64,000 bases of DNA from the human T2T-CHM13v2.0 reference genome, Homo sapiens: the NCBI RefSeq assembly GCF_009914755.1, contig NC_060929.1; one strand, 5' to 3'. Shown in pieces: positions 37,750 through 50,580 of this stretch. Position 1 is the stretch's first letter; the number at the start of each line of letters is the position of its first letter. Made by a program: the position numbers and the translations under genes. The notes beneath the pieces are model-generated. The model did not search any database. It was given only the letters and a program-made list of their open reading frames with translations, and was not told the DNA's origin.

Positions 37750-38090
37750 GTGGGCGTTCTGCCTTAGGAGTCAGACAGGCCTGAGTTTATATCCCACCAT
37801 TTCCATATGCTGGCTGTGTGACCTTGAACAGGTCCCTTAGCCTCCCTCAGCAGTGGAGTGGAAGATTAAGTGCACAGACTCTGAAGCTAAGCCTTCTCCC
37901 ATGCTCCAGTCCCAGCTCTGCCACTTACTAACTGTGTGGCCTTGGCAAAGTGACCCAACACCCCTGGGCCTCTCTTCTCAGCTGCAATACAGGGCTAATA
38001 CAGGCATGCATCTTATGGAGTTGTCAAAAGGATGAAACAAATTCATGCATTTAAAGGACTTGGCACATGGTGAGTGCTCAGACATGTTAG
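37750..38090 (+). mobile_element. Two tandem or nested MIRs
   Basis: ggagtcagacaggcctgagttt...gctgtgtgaccttg; tcccagctctgccacttactaactgtgtggccttggcaa. Confidence 0.85.
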
Positions 38091-38287
38091 CCAGTATCCA
38101 GGCATGGTGGCTATTTTCTGGAATAAATATGGATAAACTGAGACAACTTTCTCTCCTGAAGATGGGTCCATTGCGAAGTCATCTCAAAGAGGTGTGGCCT
38201 GGAGAAGTGGTTCCAGTACCTCATGCCTTCTTCCCCTTCCCTCCTTCTCTCCTGCCTCCCCCTGCATTCTTCATGTGCCTCCTGCTG

Positions 38288-38670
38288 TAAGCATTTGCTG
38301 AGCCTCCTGCTGTGTCCCAAGCTCTGTGCTTGGGGTCAACCACCCAGAAATGAATCGTGTGGGTCCCATCCTCTCCAAGACAAACAGTTAGAGGATGGTC
38401 AGATAGTGCCAGTGGAGAGCAGGGAAGGCCTCGTGGACAACATCCTATTTGAGCCACATGACCATCAGGGAAGAGCATTTCTAGGCAGAGGAAGCAGTTT
38501 GTACAAAGGCCCTGAGGAGAGAACAAGCTTGAGAAATAGGAAGAGTGCCCGAGTGTCTGGAGTGGAGGGACAGGGAGAAGATGGGTAGGAATGAGGTTGA
38601 GAAGTAGCTAGAGGTCAAATCATAGAGAGCTTTGAAGCCACAGTGAGAAATGTGGGCTTACTTTGAGTTT
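38288..38670 (-). mobile_element. L2 fragment
   Basis: aagcatttgctgagc...gggaagagcatttctaggcagaggaagcagtttgtacaaaggccctgagg. Confidence 0.8.
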
Positions 38671-39067
38671 TCTAGCATAAGGTTGTTCTGAAGATTAAAT
38701 GACAGGAGACAGGTAGAGTGCTTGGAACAGCATCTGGCGCATTGCTGGGCCTTAAATAATTGTTACTTTTATTATGGTGGCACTTATTTCCATATTCAGC
38801 CCTGAGGCTGGCTGTGGTCTACTAGGAAATTATTGGCATTCTGGTTTAGGAGAGAGGACTTGACGGGATTTGGGTGACAAGTCTCAGTTCTGCCCTTCCC
38901 TGGCCTAGCCAAGCTCCCTTCCTTCCCTGAGTTTCTATAAAATGGCAGCATCACATTCCCCTCCCCAGGTAATGTGACAATGAACTTTAATGTAAAGTGC
39001 CACCCACGATCAAGGAATCTCATCATTTAAACTGCTTTTGCCATCTAAGGTCAGAAGGCTTAAACTG

Positions 39068-39225
39068 AGCCCGTAATTACATCAAGTGCCTGTAATCCTA
39101 GCTACATAGAAGGCCGAGGTGAGTGGATGGCTTGAGCCCAAAAGTTCAAGACCAGCCTGAGCAACATAGTGAGACCCAGTCTCCAAAAGTAAATAATTTA
39201 AGAGAATAAAAAATTAATTTTTTAA
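39068..39225 (+). mobile_element. FLAM (free left Alu monomer)
   Basis: gcctgtaatcctagc...aagttcaagaccagcctgagcaacatagtgagacc; TSD agaaggcttaaactg (39053-39067) / agaaggtttaaactg (39226-39240). Confidence 0.88.
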
Positions 39226-41272
39226 AGAAGGTTTAAACTGGTTGTGACCTAAGGAAACAATTTCTTCCAGCCGCATCATTGAACAGGTGGGACACCAAGC
39301 TCCCTTGTAGATAAAGATCGAGGTGGAATGGGAGTGGACACTGACTCCATCTAAGATCATGGAAGCGCTCTCACAGTGACCCTACTGGGCTCTCTGGAAG
39401 CTGCATCCCAGCAGCTGTGCAGCCCCTGGGACCAGCCAGGAGTGACCTGGGTGCTGCCGTTCAACCCACCTGTACATTTCCCAAAAAGAGGCAGCCAAGT
39501 GCTGATTCAGGGAATTTAAACTTTAATGGTCCCCCGGTCTATTATTATGTTTTAATGAACTGGAAAAGCACAAACAGAAATCCTTAAGAGCATCAGCCGT
39601 GACACAGAAATCTAATACAATAAAACAAAGTGCTTATAAACCCCAGAGTTGTTTAAAACCCAGAAATTGCCAATTGACATATGGGACTATATCTTCTTAG
39701 CCCCTAGTAAACTGAGTGGCTTCAAACAAGTCCCTATCACCTCCCAGGGCCTCAGTTTCTTCACCTGTGAAATAAGAGGATCAAAAAAAGATAATGTTCT
39801 CTCTGTTCTCTTCCAACCGAGGCAGGCATCTCAAGTATTTCTTAGTCAGTTCTACTCTAGGCTACACAGTATCTGTATCTGGCAGCTGTATGAACTACTG
39901 TTGAAAATCCTCTTCCCAATCCCAGTTTCAACATCACTCCTCAAGGCAGCATCCACCTTCACTCTAGACTGAATTAATTCCTCTGTCTTACCACCTAAAC
40001 TCCTCTAGAAAACTTGATAGAGGTAAAGATAAATGCATTTTTTCAAAAATTCTACTTTTCTAGTCCCAAGGCATTGTGTATATCATTCTTATGTAAGTTA
40101 TCACAATAAACCCATAATTAGTTACTTCCATTTATGTCAAATCGCCTACAAAGCAGAAACATGTATTATTCATTTTTGGCTTCCTCCCCAGTATCTAGCA
40201 TACGAACTGTTTGCAAACATGCCCAGTTCTTCAAACTTTGTAACTTCATGCCTTTTCTATCTACTACTTGGGATGGGCCCACCCTCCCTTTGTCCTCTAA
40301 GCACACTCCTATTCATCCTTCAAAGTCCAGCACAAAAATCCCCTCCTCTGTTAAACTTCAACTGCTCCAGGCTGAGTCTTATGTTTGGGTCCTTCATACG
40401 TACCCCTCTTCTATTGTTTGGGGTATTGTGTGCTGTGGGATCTGTTTACTCTCAGTTCTCCCCTCTAGGCTGGGTTCCTTGAAAAACACCCTCTGGACAT
40501 TTCACCTCTACATCCTCTGCATTCTTGGCCAGGCTCTGAGAGGGCATTGGTAAATGTTAACTGCCTGGCAATGGTGATGCTGTTAACCTGATGTGTCAGG
40601 GGTCTGAATAAAGCTGCCTCAAGGTAGGCAGATGCCCACAACCAAGCAAGAACTCAAAGCTTCAGGCTCCTCAGCCTGAACCTTAGACAGCGTCTTGGTC
40701 ACCATTTCAACACCTTGACCACATTTCTCACTCTCCCAAATTTCCTCCTGCTTATTCCTCATCCACATACATAAGGCTGTGTCTCCCAGGGGAAATTCAA
40801 CTACTTGGTAATTATCCTGCTTCTTAAGTTTGGGGCTAGGGGATTCATAGATGATGTTCAGTATTATGCTGTGCAATGTAGATGCTTCCTAAACCTTCTC
40901 AGGAGCTACCACTGAGTGGCACCTGGGGACCTCTCAGGAAGAGCCAGTTTTCTGGGCAGTGTGGGGCAGGACAGAGCTCATTAAACCAGCCTACCACCTG
41001 TCTTCCAGCTCCTCCTCTCAGCCTCTGGGCTTCCAGCAGAAAGCACACGAGAGCATTCTTGTTGGTTTTCTTATGACTTGAGCCAGCGAGACGTACATGC
41101 CCAGCACCTGTTACCTGGGCTGGCTCTTGGCTGAGAGCATACATGCATTGGGTCAGGTTTCAGATCTGCTGGAGGAACACAGCCAGAATGTCTTGACAGG
41201 CAGCCCTGGCAAAGCCCCAGAAAATATAAGATCTGAGTCTTATGATGGACTCTGTGACCTTGAGCCTCTCAC

Positions 41273-41455
41273 CTCGTGACCTTGGGCATCTCATGTTCTC
41301 TCCACAGGTCTCGGTTCTGGACTCCTTCATGGGAGCTGTCATGCCCCTGTCACACAGCAGTGTTGTGCCCCCGGGGATCAGGGACCAGGATGGTCCTTTC
41401 TTGGTGGTGAAGGGGGCATTTTGCATATTCCAGAGATTCAAGTTTCCAGACCTAT
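41273..41455 (-). other. Candidate 183-nt exon
   Basis: Minus-strand acceptor tgtttctttctag| and donor GAG|GTGAGA in unique sequence. Confidence 0.38.
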
Positions 41456-41489
41456 CTAGAAAGAAACATTTGAGTTTACAGGTTGGCGC

Positions 41490-41770
41490 TTCTCAGCCTC
41501 TGTCTCTCTTCCTCTCTGTTCATCTCCCTCTGTCCCCTCTATGTATGTTTGTGTCTCTTTCTGTCTCCTCTGCCTTTCTTTGTCATGTCTTTCTGCTTCT
41601 GTCCTATACTGTCTCTCACCTCCACCCTGGTTCCCCCCGCCCCAGATGCTCTTCTCTCTGTGGGGTTTTTTCTTCCCCTCCATTTCCTTCTCCTCTCCCA
41701 CTCCTTCCTCCCCAGATTCTCCCTCACTACAGGCTTCTCTCTAATCTCTCTCTAACTGCCTATTCTTCTC
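41490..41770 (+). repeat. CT-rich low-complexity tract
   Basis: About 280 bp of strongly pyrimidine-biased sequence (ctctgtctctct...). Confidence 0.8.
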
Positions 41771-42429
41771 ACAAGAAGGAGTCCCCTCTGGGGCCCAGAG
41801 GCCAGGCAAGGCATTGTGGACAAGGAGGGCATCCGTGCCATCCAACGGGCAGGAGCCCAGCCTCCTGGCTGGTGCGTGGCTGTGCTGTGGGTTTGTTTCC
41901 ACTTACCAAAGGGCATCTGTAATTAATGTGGGCAGTGATAAAGGAGCTGGAGATGTGTTTATGCTCCTTCGAGGGCTGAGATGAAACACCCATAACATTT
42001 AATGTGGCGCACTGACATTTAAATGTCAATTAGAAAGTCCCCGCTCTGCTTGGCTGGCCCCTGCATCCTCAGATGAGACCGCCCTCCTCCCTGCCTTGCC
42101 AGCCCTGCTGGGACCACCAGCTCACAAAAGACAGTGGCCACACAGCAACCGTGACTGAAGAGTGTGCAGGGTCCAAAGAGGCTAAAGTGGCTTTAAGAGC
42201 ACTCCGGAGGGGGAGGACTCTTGGAACAGAGAAAGGAGGAGGATGGTGCCAGGCCACCACCAAAGGCACGTGGAAGGGGGCTGGGCAAATGGTGAAGGAG
42301 CATGTGGGAGACAAGTTTAGAGGTAGCGTTGGCTTCCTCCTCTCTTCCCTCAGTACCTACAGGGCAGAATCTAGAGCTTGTTTGTGCCTTGGCCCTTAGG
42401 CGCTATGTTTCTGCCTCTGTGGTTGATCA

Positions 42430-43325
42430 CCCTCCATTAGACCAAGGGCTTCTTGAGACCAGGTTCCCATCTCTTCATCACACAGGACGCCTATGCACAC
42501 ACGGTGCCTGGCACACAGTAGGTACACAAGGTAGTCTATTCAGTTCAATACAGTATATATTCGTTGAGTTCCCACTGCGTGGTGGGCATTATCCTAGGAA
42601 CTGAGGCTACAACAATGATTGGGACTGAGACCTGCCCCCACAGAGTGTACAGATGCTCTTCAAATTACCATGGGGCTACCTCCTGAGAAACCCATTGTAA
42701 ATCAAAAATACAGAAATCAAAAACGCATTTAGTACCCCCAGTTAATCCATCATAAAGTCAATAAATTGTAAATTGAACCATTCTAAGTCCAGATGCTCCT
42801 TAACATACAATGAGGTTATGTCTCAATAAACCCATCATAAAGTCAAAAAATCTGAAGTCAGACCGTCGTAAGTCAGGGATCATCTGCGTTACATTTTTAA
42901 AGACAGACAGAAAAATAGATATGTGGCAAATGTTTAGATGGAAGCAAAGAAAAGAGGCAGCCGGCCCACCCTGGATGACAAGAAAGCTTCTTGGAGGAAG
43001 TCAAATAGAGCTGAGACCCAAAGAATAAATGTGCATTTGCAAGACAGAGAGGCAGAGGGAATACTGGACAGAGGGCCCAGCACAAGTGTGGAGCCAGGAG
43101 GGAGCCTAGGAGTGCACAGGGGTTGGTGGCAATGGGCACAGCAGCTTCCTTGTGAAATCTGAGCTCAGAGACCACATGACTGCATGGGGTTCTGCAACCA
43201 GCACGTGAGCTCTGTGAGGGCAAGGGCCTCATCTGTCTTGTCCACTGCTGTGTTCCCAGAGTTGGGGAAAGTGCTTGATGTGTAGCAGGCACTCGACAAA
43301 CATTTATTGGATGAGTAAATGAATG
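42430..43325. mobile_element. L2 fragments on both strands, interrupted by a Tigger MITE
   Basis: gtgcctggcacacagtagg; attcagttcaa...ttgagttcccact; gtgagctctgtgagggcaagggcc...acatttattggatgagtaaatgaatg. Confidence 0.75.
42650..42886. mobile_element. TcMar-Tigger MITE (MER47-like), internally duplicated
   Basis: TA|cagatgctc...gggatcatctg; second cagatgctcct unit begins at 42790. Confidence 0.8.
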
Positions 43326-44377
43326 CTGTCTTCACTGGCCTCTCCTCCCTTGTCCAGTTCCCAAAGCTCAGTGGGTCCCCGCAAATGCATTTATTTTGCA
43401 AAAGCCTTTCCCAAAGCCTGGCATCCAATGGGTGCCTCATTTCCTCATCCCCTGCACGCCGTCTCTCAGTCCCTGAGCTGCTGTGCCCACGACATGCTCC
43501 ATTTTCTCATAAAAGCCCTTCCAACAAGGGGCACATTTGCATTTCAAGTTTCCTGGAATTGGAGTACAGAGAAATCTGACTTCCAGAGCCCAGGGCTCTA
43601 AGCTGCAGCTGGAGAACTGAAACACAGCAAGCAGGACACCTGCCCAGAATAAGGTTCAGGCCCTGGAATATCACATGGGACCCATGATCCTGTAGCTGTC
43701 TGCAGTCTCGAGCCCCAAGGCAGTAGAACAGGTGTTCATCTTCTCCTGCACTCTGGAAATGGAGTCCAGGGCCTGAGCTACTGAGTTTGTAGACTGCAAC
43801 TTTGGTAGCAAGAGGCATTTCTCCTCCTCACCTCCACCCACACACAGATCTAGTTCCCCTCGTACGCTGCCCTTTCAGTCTTGGACACTGCAGAAGACCT
43901 GCTAGGAGAGCCTAAGAAACCCAAAGCCTTCCCACCTGCCATCCACCAACTATCATTTACTCACCCCCACTCCTCCAGAGTGCAGATGACTATTTCACTT
44001 ACTGATTTGGCAGGCGCTGCTGCTCCTCACCTTGGTTGGAGTAGAGTTTACCCTGCCCAGCCCTGCAGGCCCAGTGGTAAAGGGAAGGAGGCTAGTGATT
44101 ATTCCGACTTTGGATCAATCAGTTGCTCAGTTTATTGGAATTACATCCCAGTGGCTGCTATTGATGGAACTGCTGGACTCGGGCCCACAATCCTCATGCC
44201 AGTTTTATAACACTGACATCACCTGCTCACACACAGGGCTTCCTCTCCCATCCTGTCCCCATACCTCACTCTGTAGCCTGAGATTTCTAAGGTGGGGGAT
44301 CTGTACTGGGTGTTTGGCATAAATGATGTAAGAGATTTCCTTTGTATTGCTCTCAGCTACATCTTACCTTTGTGTAA

Positions 44378-44750
<373 letters not shown>

Positions 44751-45279
44751 GTTTTAAGTTTCTACCATTTGGGGCATATTCAGGAAGATTCCTATCCCAA
44801 CACACCCCTTCCTTCTGCTTTTATAAACACACAGAGTCCCCAACCACCCTACGTCCTCTTTCCTCCATAACCACGTCACAGTGCACTGTAAACACATTAC
44901 GAACCAGCTATGCAATAACAATCTGCTGAATCTCAGAGATGCAGAAAGAAATCACTGGGCCTTCTATTGATACATTCTTATGTTATCATTTTTAATTTCT
45001 ATAATTATGTTTTTAAGGTACATTGTGTATCAGCACAGCAGCAGATGCTAATAATATATTAAAAACTGTACTCGTGTTCTGGGAGTGTTCACAAATTATA
45101 GCTTCACACTATTCTCATCTTCTCCCGCCTCTGCTCAGATGTCCTTGAAACATCTCTAAGGATCCTGGAAGGCAAACTGACTACAACACTTATTTGCACA
45201 GCACAGCATCTTTCCTATGACACGTCTTTTGGTTTTTCCAATCATCAAAAGCAAGAGGTAGCAGGAGACCGAGCTGTTA

Positions 45280-45465
45280 AGCACTGACCGTGGCATTGCC
45301 TCCAGGGTGAATTGCGGGGGCACAGGAAAAACAGCTCAGATTCCTAGCTTTTCCCCACCTTCCTGATCTACTGAACCACACTTTCTCCAGGGATGTGGCC
45401 CGTGATCTATATTTTAAGAAAACACCTCAAATAACTTCCCAGCCAGGTGTGTGCACCACAGTGCT
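45280..45465. mobile_element. MER5-like hAT MITE
   Basis: cagattcctagc...gatctactgaacc...ctccagggatgtggccc...ctatattttaa...cagccaggt. Confidence 0.55.
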
Positions 45466-45689
45466 GGGACGTGGTATTGTTCTTGCCATGGGAGGTGGGA
45501 GATTCTTGTCCATCCTTCACCCAGAAGCCTGCATGTGGTTTGTCAATTTTTTTTTATTTTATGAAACTTTTTTTCTGTTTACACTCTTGCAGAACAAACA
45601 GACAAATTATATAGCTGATGTCACATCCCTTTGAAAAATCTATCAGGTTTCATCCATTCATTCAACAATTGTTTTTACCAGTTACACTT

Positions 45690-46670
45690 TTTTTTTCATT
45701 TGCCATATACAGAAACTGAGGCTCAGTGAGACTGAGAGATTTGTTTCTGACTTAGCTTGTAAGAAAGAGATTCAGGAACTCAACCTAGGTTACCTGGCCC
45801 CAAGTCCTGTGCCCTTTTAATTTTACTTCCGTACATTTTAATGAAATGGCTGCGAGACCAGAGCTCTGTGTGTGAACAAGTTGTGCCTTTCAACCTTCCT
45901 TTATCTCCCCTTCTCTTTCCCCACCACCAAGAGCAGGCTGATGAGAAAATTAACATTCAGGACACGTTCTGCTCCCTTCTGATTCCCACAGAGAGAACAC
46001 AGCCTCTGCCTGCCAATTAGTGACGTTCAGATCTCTATTAGAGATGGGGACAGCTAGTTCCAGTTATGCAAATGCCCTTGTCTGAGAGTAGCCATGGGCC
46101 AGCAGCATGCCAGTCTCACCTCTCCCCATGGAGTCACCATGGATGTGACTTGCACCTCCCGTGTTGCTTTAACCAATAATCAAATCAGTATCTATTTATA
46201 TAAGCACTGGCCAAGGTACTGCAGGAAGCTCAGGGACAGATTTTATTTCAGCCTAAAGGAACTTACACTGAGTAGAGAGTGTGGCCAGGGAAAGGGCAGA
46301 TCTTTCAAAGACACTCTGTTCTTCTCTAATCACTCACAGTTTATATTTATTACCCAAAAAAATACATAAGGAAAAATACCTAACATTTGTTAAGTACCTA
46401 CTATGTGCCAGGCACTGTTAGACACTTTATACACATTATCTCATTCAAGTCCATTAATTTTATATAAGAAGCAATATGCTATTTGGTTCAAGGCATGTGT
46501 TTTAAGTAGGAAAAACTAGGATTTTTAAAACTAGGATTTTAATCCTGCCACTTTCTCCATGTGGGACTTCTTGACCTCAGTTATTCATCTGCGAAATGGA
46601 AGGAAACAATGTCTGTTTGCCAGGAATATTTTCAGAAGCAATTAGATAAGGTATTTAAATCCAAGCACCT
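45690..46670. mobile_element. MIR fragments (minus 45690-45815, minus 46375-46460, plus 46475-46670)
   Basis: gaaactgaggctcagtgag; tacctactatgtgccaggcactgt; cctcagttattcatctgcgaaatgg. Confidence 0.7.
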
Positions 46671-46828
46671 CATCTTCATATGACACAGCATAGTGTTAAG
46701 ATGCCTAATACGTAGGGAAATGACAAAAATGGACAAATGCAGGATATTATTAGCAACAATGCAAAAATATCTGTATATGGATGAAGAGTGGAAGAGGACA
46801 ATTATGGGGGAAACTTGTTGTCTTTTAA

Positions 46829-47206
<378 letters not shown>

Positions 47207-47929
47207 AACTATCCGTATTATTATGTATTTTCATTTAAGCTTTTAAAGGAAAATGGAAACACTGCATTAAACTGAGCCTCAGAGAAATTCAGTGACTTGT
47301 CCAAGGTCATACAAGGACTGGAGGGACCAAGGCAGGATCTATCCATTTTCAATGCCCATGCTTTCCCCCACACACCATGCCACCACATGTCCCTCAGGAA
47401 ACAGGTCTGCAATGATTCAGGAGACCTCGTAGTCTACATTGATAGATGTAAACAGCATTGGTTTCTGTCTTAGAGAGTGGGCCAGTGAGGAAGGCATGGA
47501 TCAAAGCAAAAAGAAAAGCCAAGGAGGGGGAGGATGGAGATTAAACAGGTCCCTGGTTGTCAGGGGCAAAACTGTTAATGACGGTGGAGCACCATGAAAT
47601 TAATGACCCACCCAAAGCACCTGAGAAATTGAACTGGTTATTAAAATGCAAATCATAAACCAGGAAAAGGAGGAAAACAAGCACGAGGAATTAGGAAGAA
47701 GGAAGATATGGCATGGAGTACCACGAACAGAAAGTCTGTGGCCAGCACCTGGATATTCAGAGAAAGAGTGTGATTTAGGCTTCAGAAGGGCAGGGGTCTG
47801 TAGCTTAGGGACTGGGCAGAGCTGTTACCTAGAAAAGCTAGAAACAGAAATGCATAAATCCCAGTTGTCCCTGACAGTGGGATACAGTCAGGGCCTGAAG
47901 TGCAGGGGAAGGCCATCTTAGGTCAGAGG

Positions 47930-48150
47930 CAGTGGTTCTTGGCATACAGTGGTTTTCCCCCTAAGAATGTTAGGCAATATTTGGTGACATGTTTAATGAG
48001 CACAACCAGGTTAAGTATCTACTCACTGCTAATCTCTGGTGAGCAGGGAGACCAGGGGTGCTGCTAAGCATCCTACAAGGCCTGGGGACCTCCCCACCAA
48101 CTACAGTTATCCAGTGCAAAATGCCATAGTGTCGCTGGGGAGAAACCCTG
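47930..48150 (+). mobile_element. MER20 hAT-Charlie MITE
   Basis: cagtggttct...ggcaatatttggtgacat...ccaggggtgctgctaagcatcctacaa...gagaaaccctg. Confidence 0.88.
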
Positions 48151-48769
48151 ATCTAAGGATGAGTGAGAAGGTGGATACAGGAGGTGAGGAGGTCAGAAGT
48201 CAGACCAAACATCAGATGGGAAGCTAGGAGGAAAAGAGGTCAGAAAAGGAGTTATGAACCAAAGGACAAAAGGAAGTTAAGTAGTCAGTCAGGAGATTAG
48301 GATCATAGAGGAGATCAGGCAAAGAGAAGTCCAGAGGTGGAAAAAAGCTTCAGAGCTCAGACGGGTTGGGCTCTAACAATCATCACAGAAGCAGCAAAGA
48401 TCAAGAAGCAATGGGGAAGGACAGTTGAGGCTAGCGCCAGGGGGAAGGGCCATTGGTGAGGAGCCTTTCTGATCAGAAGTTGGATGGAGAACACCATGGT
48501 GGATGTGGATGGAGGTCAAAGTGATGATGTTCTGGAAAGCAGTTTAAACAAAACAAGGGGCCTGCGTGCTTTACTACCAGAGGCCATCTGTTAATGGATG
48601 ATGGGAAATGCCACTCTTGGCCCCCACAGTCAGGAGCAGGTCACCTTCAACTGGGCACAGCAACACGTCCCACTGCAGGCAGGCACAAAAGCAGAGGCTC
48701 ATTAAAGAGCTGCCCTGGGCCCAGGCTACATCCTTGGCAAAGGATGAGATTTGCACCCAAGGTCAGGAT

Positions 48770-49160
48770 GGCACGGGTGTGTGGAGCACGGGCTACGGAG
48801 CCAGGTCAATGGAGTTCTAAATCCCTGATCAGCAACCTTCTACAGATGTGGCCTTTGATAGGTCACTGCCTCTCTCTGAAGCTCAGTTTCCTCACCTATA
48901 AAAATGGGATCGATAACAGAGGTTACATCTGTGTGGATCACCTAAACTGTAGAGGATTTTGCAAATGTGTTGTTGTGGTTGCCATTCTTATTGCTGGAAC
49001 ATAATTCCCTCATTAGTATTTCTGAGTGCTCTGGTGCATATCTGCTGCAGCAGAATCCTTCATGCATCCAGCAAACATTTCCTGGGCATGTAGTATGTCC
49101 CAGACACTGTGCTGAACACTAAGATTACATGGAGGAATAGAGATTAATTTCTGTTCTTTG
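48770..49160. mobile_element. MIR(+) then L2 tail(-)
   Basis: ctctctgaagctcagtttcctcacctataaaaatggg; catccagcaaacattt...cagacactgtgctgaacact. Confidence 0.75.
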
Positions 49161-49199
49161 TTTACTGAGCTCCTAGGGGCTGAAAGGCATCTTAAAGTC

Positions 49200-49715
<516 letters not shown>

Positions 49716-50418
49716 TGCGGCTACCCAGGCTTGTGTTTTCATCTCCCACATTACCTCCTATTAGGGACTTTAATGGATGACATATTGTCACCCAGCCTCC
49801 TCTGCTGGATCGGGATAGCTTTCCATCCAGACAAAGAATTTTCATGACTGAGTGACCATCCCCAGGATGGGCTTTGGTGTCTCTCTTCCCTCAGAAAGTG
49901 GGAAGCTCCAAGTGCTGCCCCCTGAAACCCTTTTCCATTAACCACGGCCTCCAGGGGTCCTGGGGTGATCTCAGAAAGGTAGACAGACCTCTTTAGCAGT
50001 AACCTGGAATATTTTGCTACCTTCCTGAAATCTAGAGAACAGAGCAACTTTGCAAGCTTCTTCAAAGGAGCCCGTTCTGACCCAGGTCGATGGAGCTCCC
50101 AAAATCTGCACCCCCACCCCCCGCTGCTGTGTGCAACAGGAGAGGGGCTTTCCCGGACCAGCTTTTCCAGAAACATGAATTCTTTTTGACACTTGGCAAA
50201 CATTTGGGGACCCTCTCAGACCTCACTCTGGGCAGGCCCGAACTGTCTTTTCCATGCCAGAGGGCAGTCCAGGTTCCTATCAGAGTTATTTGAATAATCT
50301 TCCCAACACCTCTGAGCTGCAGTTTCTTCATGTGTCAAATACAGATAACAATAGTACTTCACTCATAGGATTGGTGGACAAAGTCAGTGAGGTACCAGGT
50401 GGAAAAAGAGGTAGAACA

Positions 50419-50580
50419 AGCTGGGCTTTGCGGCATGCCACCGTAGTCCTAGCTACTCGGGAGGCTGAGGTAGGAGGATTGCTTGAGCCTGGAAGTTCAA
50501 GGCTGCAGGGAGCTATGATCACACCAATGCCCTCCAGCCTGGGAGACAGAACGAAGCCCTGTCTCTAATTTTTTTTTTTT
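50419..50580 (+). mobile_element. FRAM/FAM-type Alu monomer inserted in a MIR
   Basis: gtagtcctagctactcgggaggctgaggtaggaggattgcttgagcc...ctccagcctgggagacaga; TSD aaagaggtagaa / aaagaggttgaa. Confidence 0.85.

Noticed and set aside
41242-41922. Longest ORF (226 aa, plus strand)
   Set aside because: Stop-poor because of the CT-rich tract; no recognisable domain
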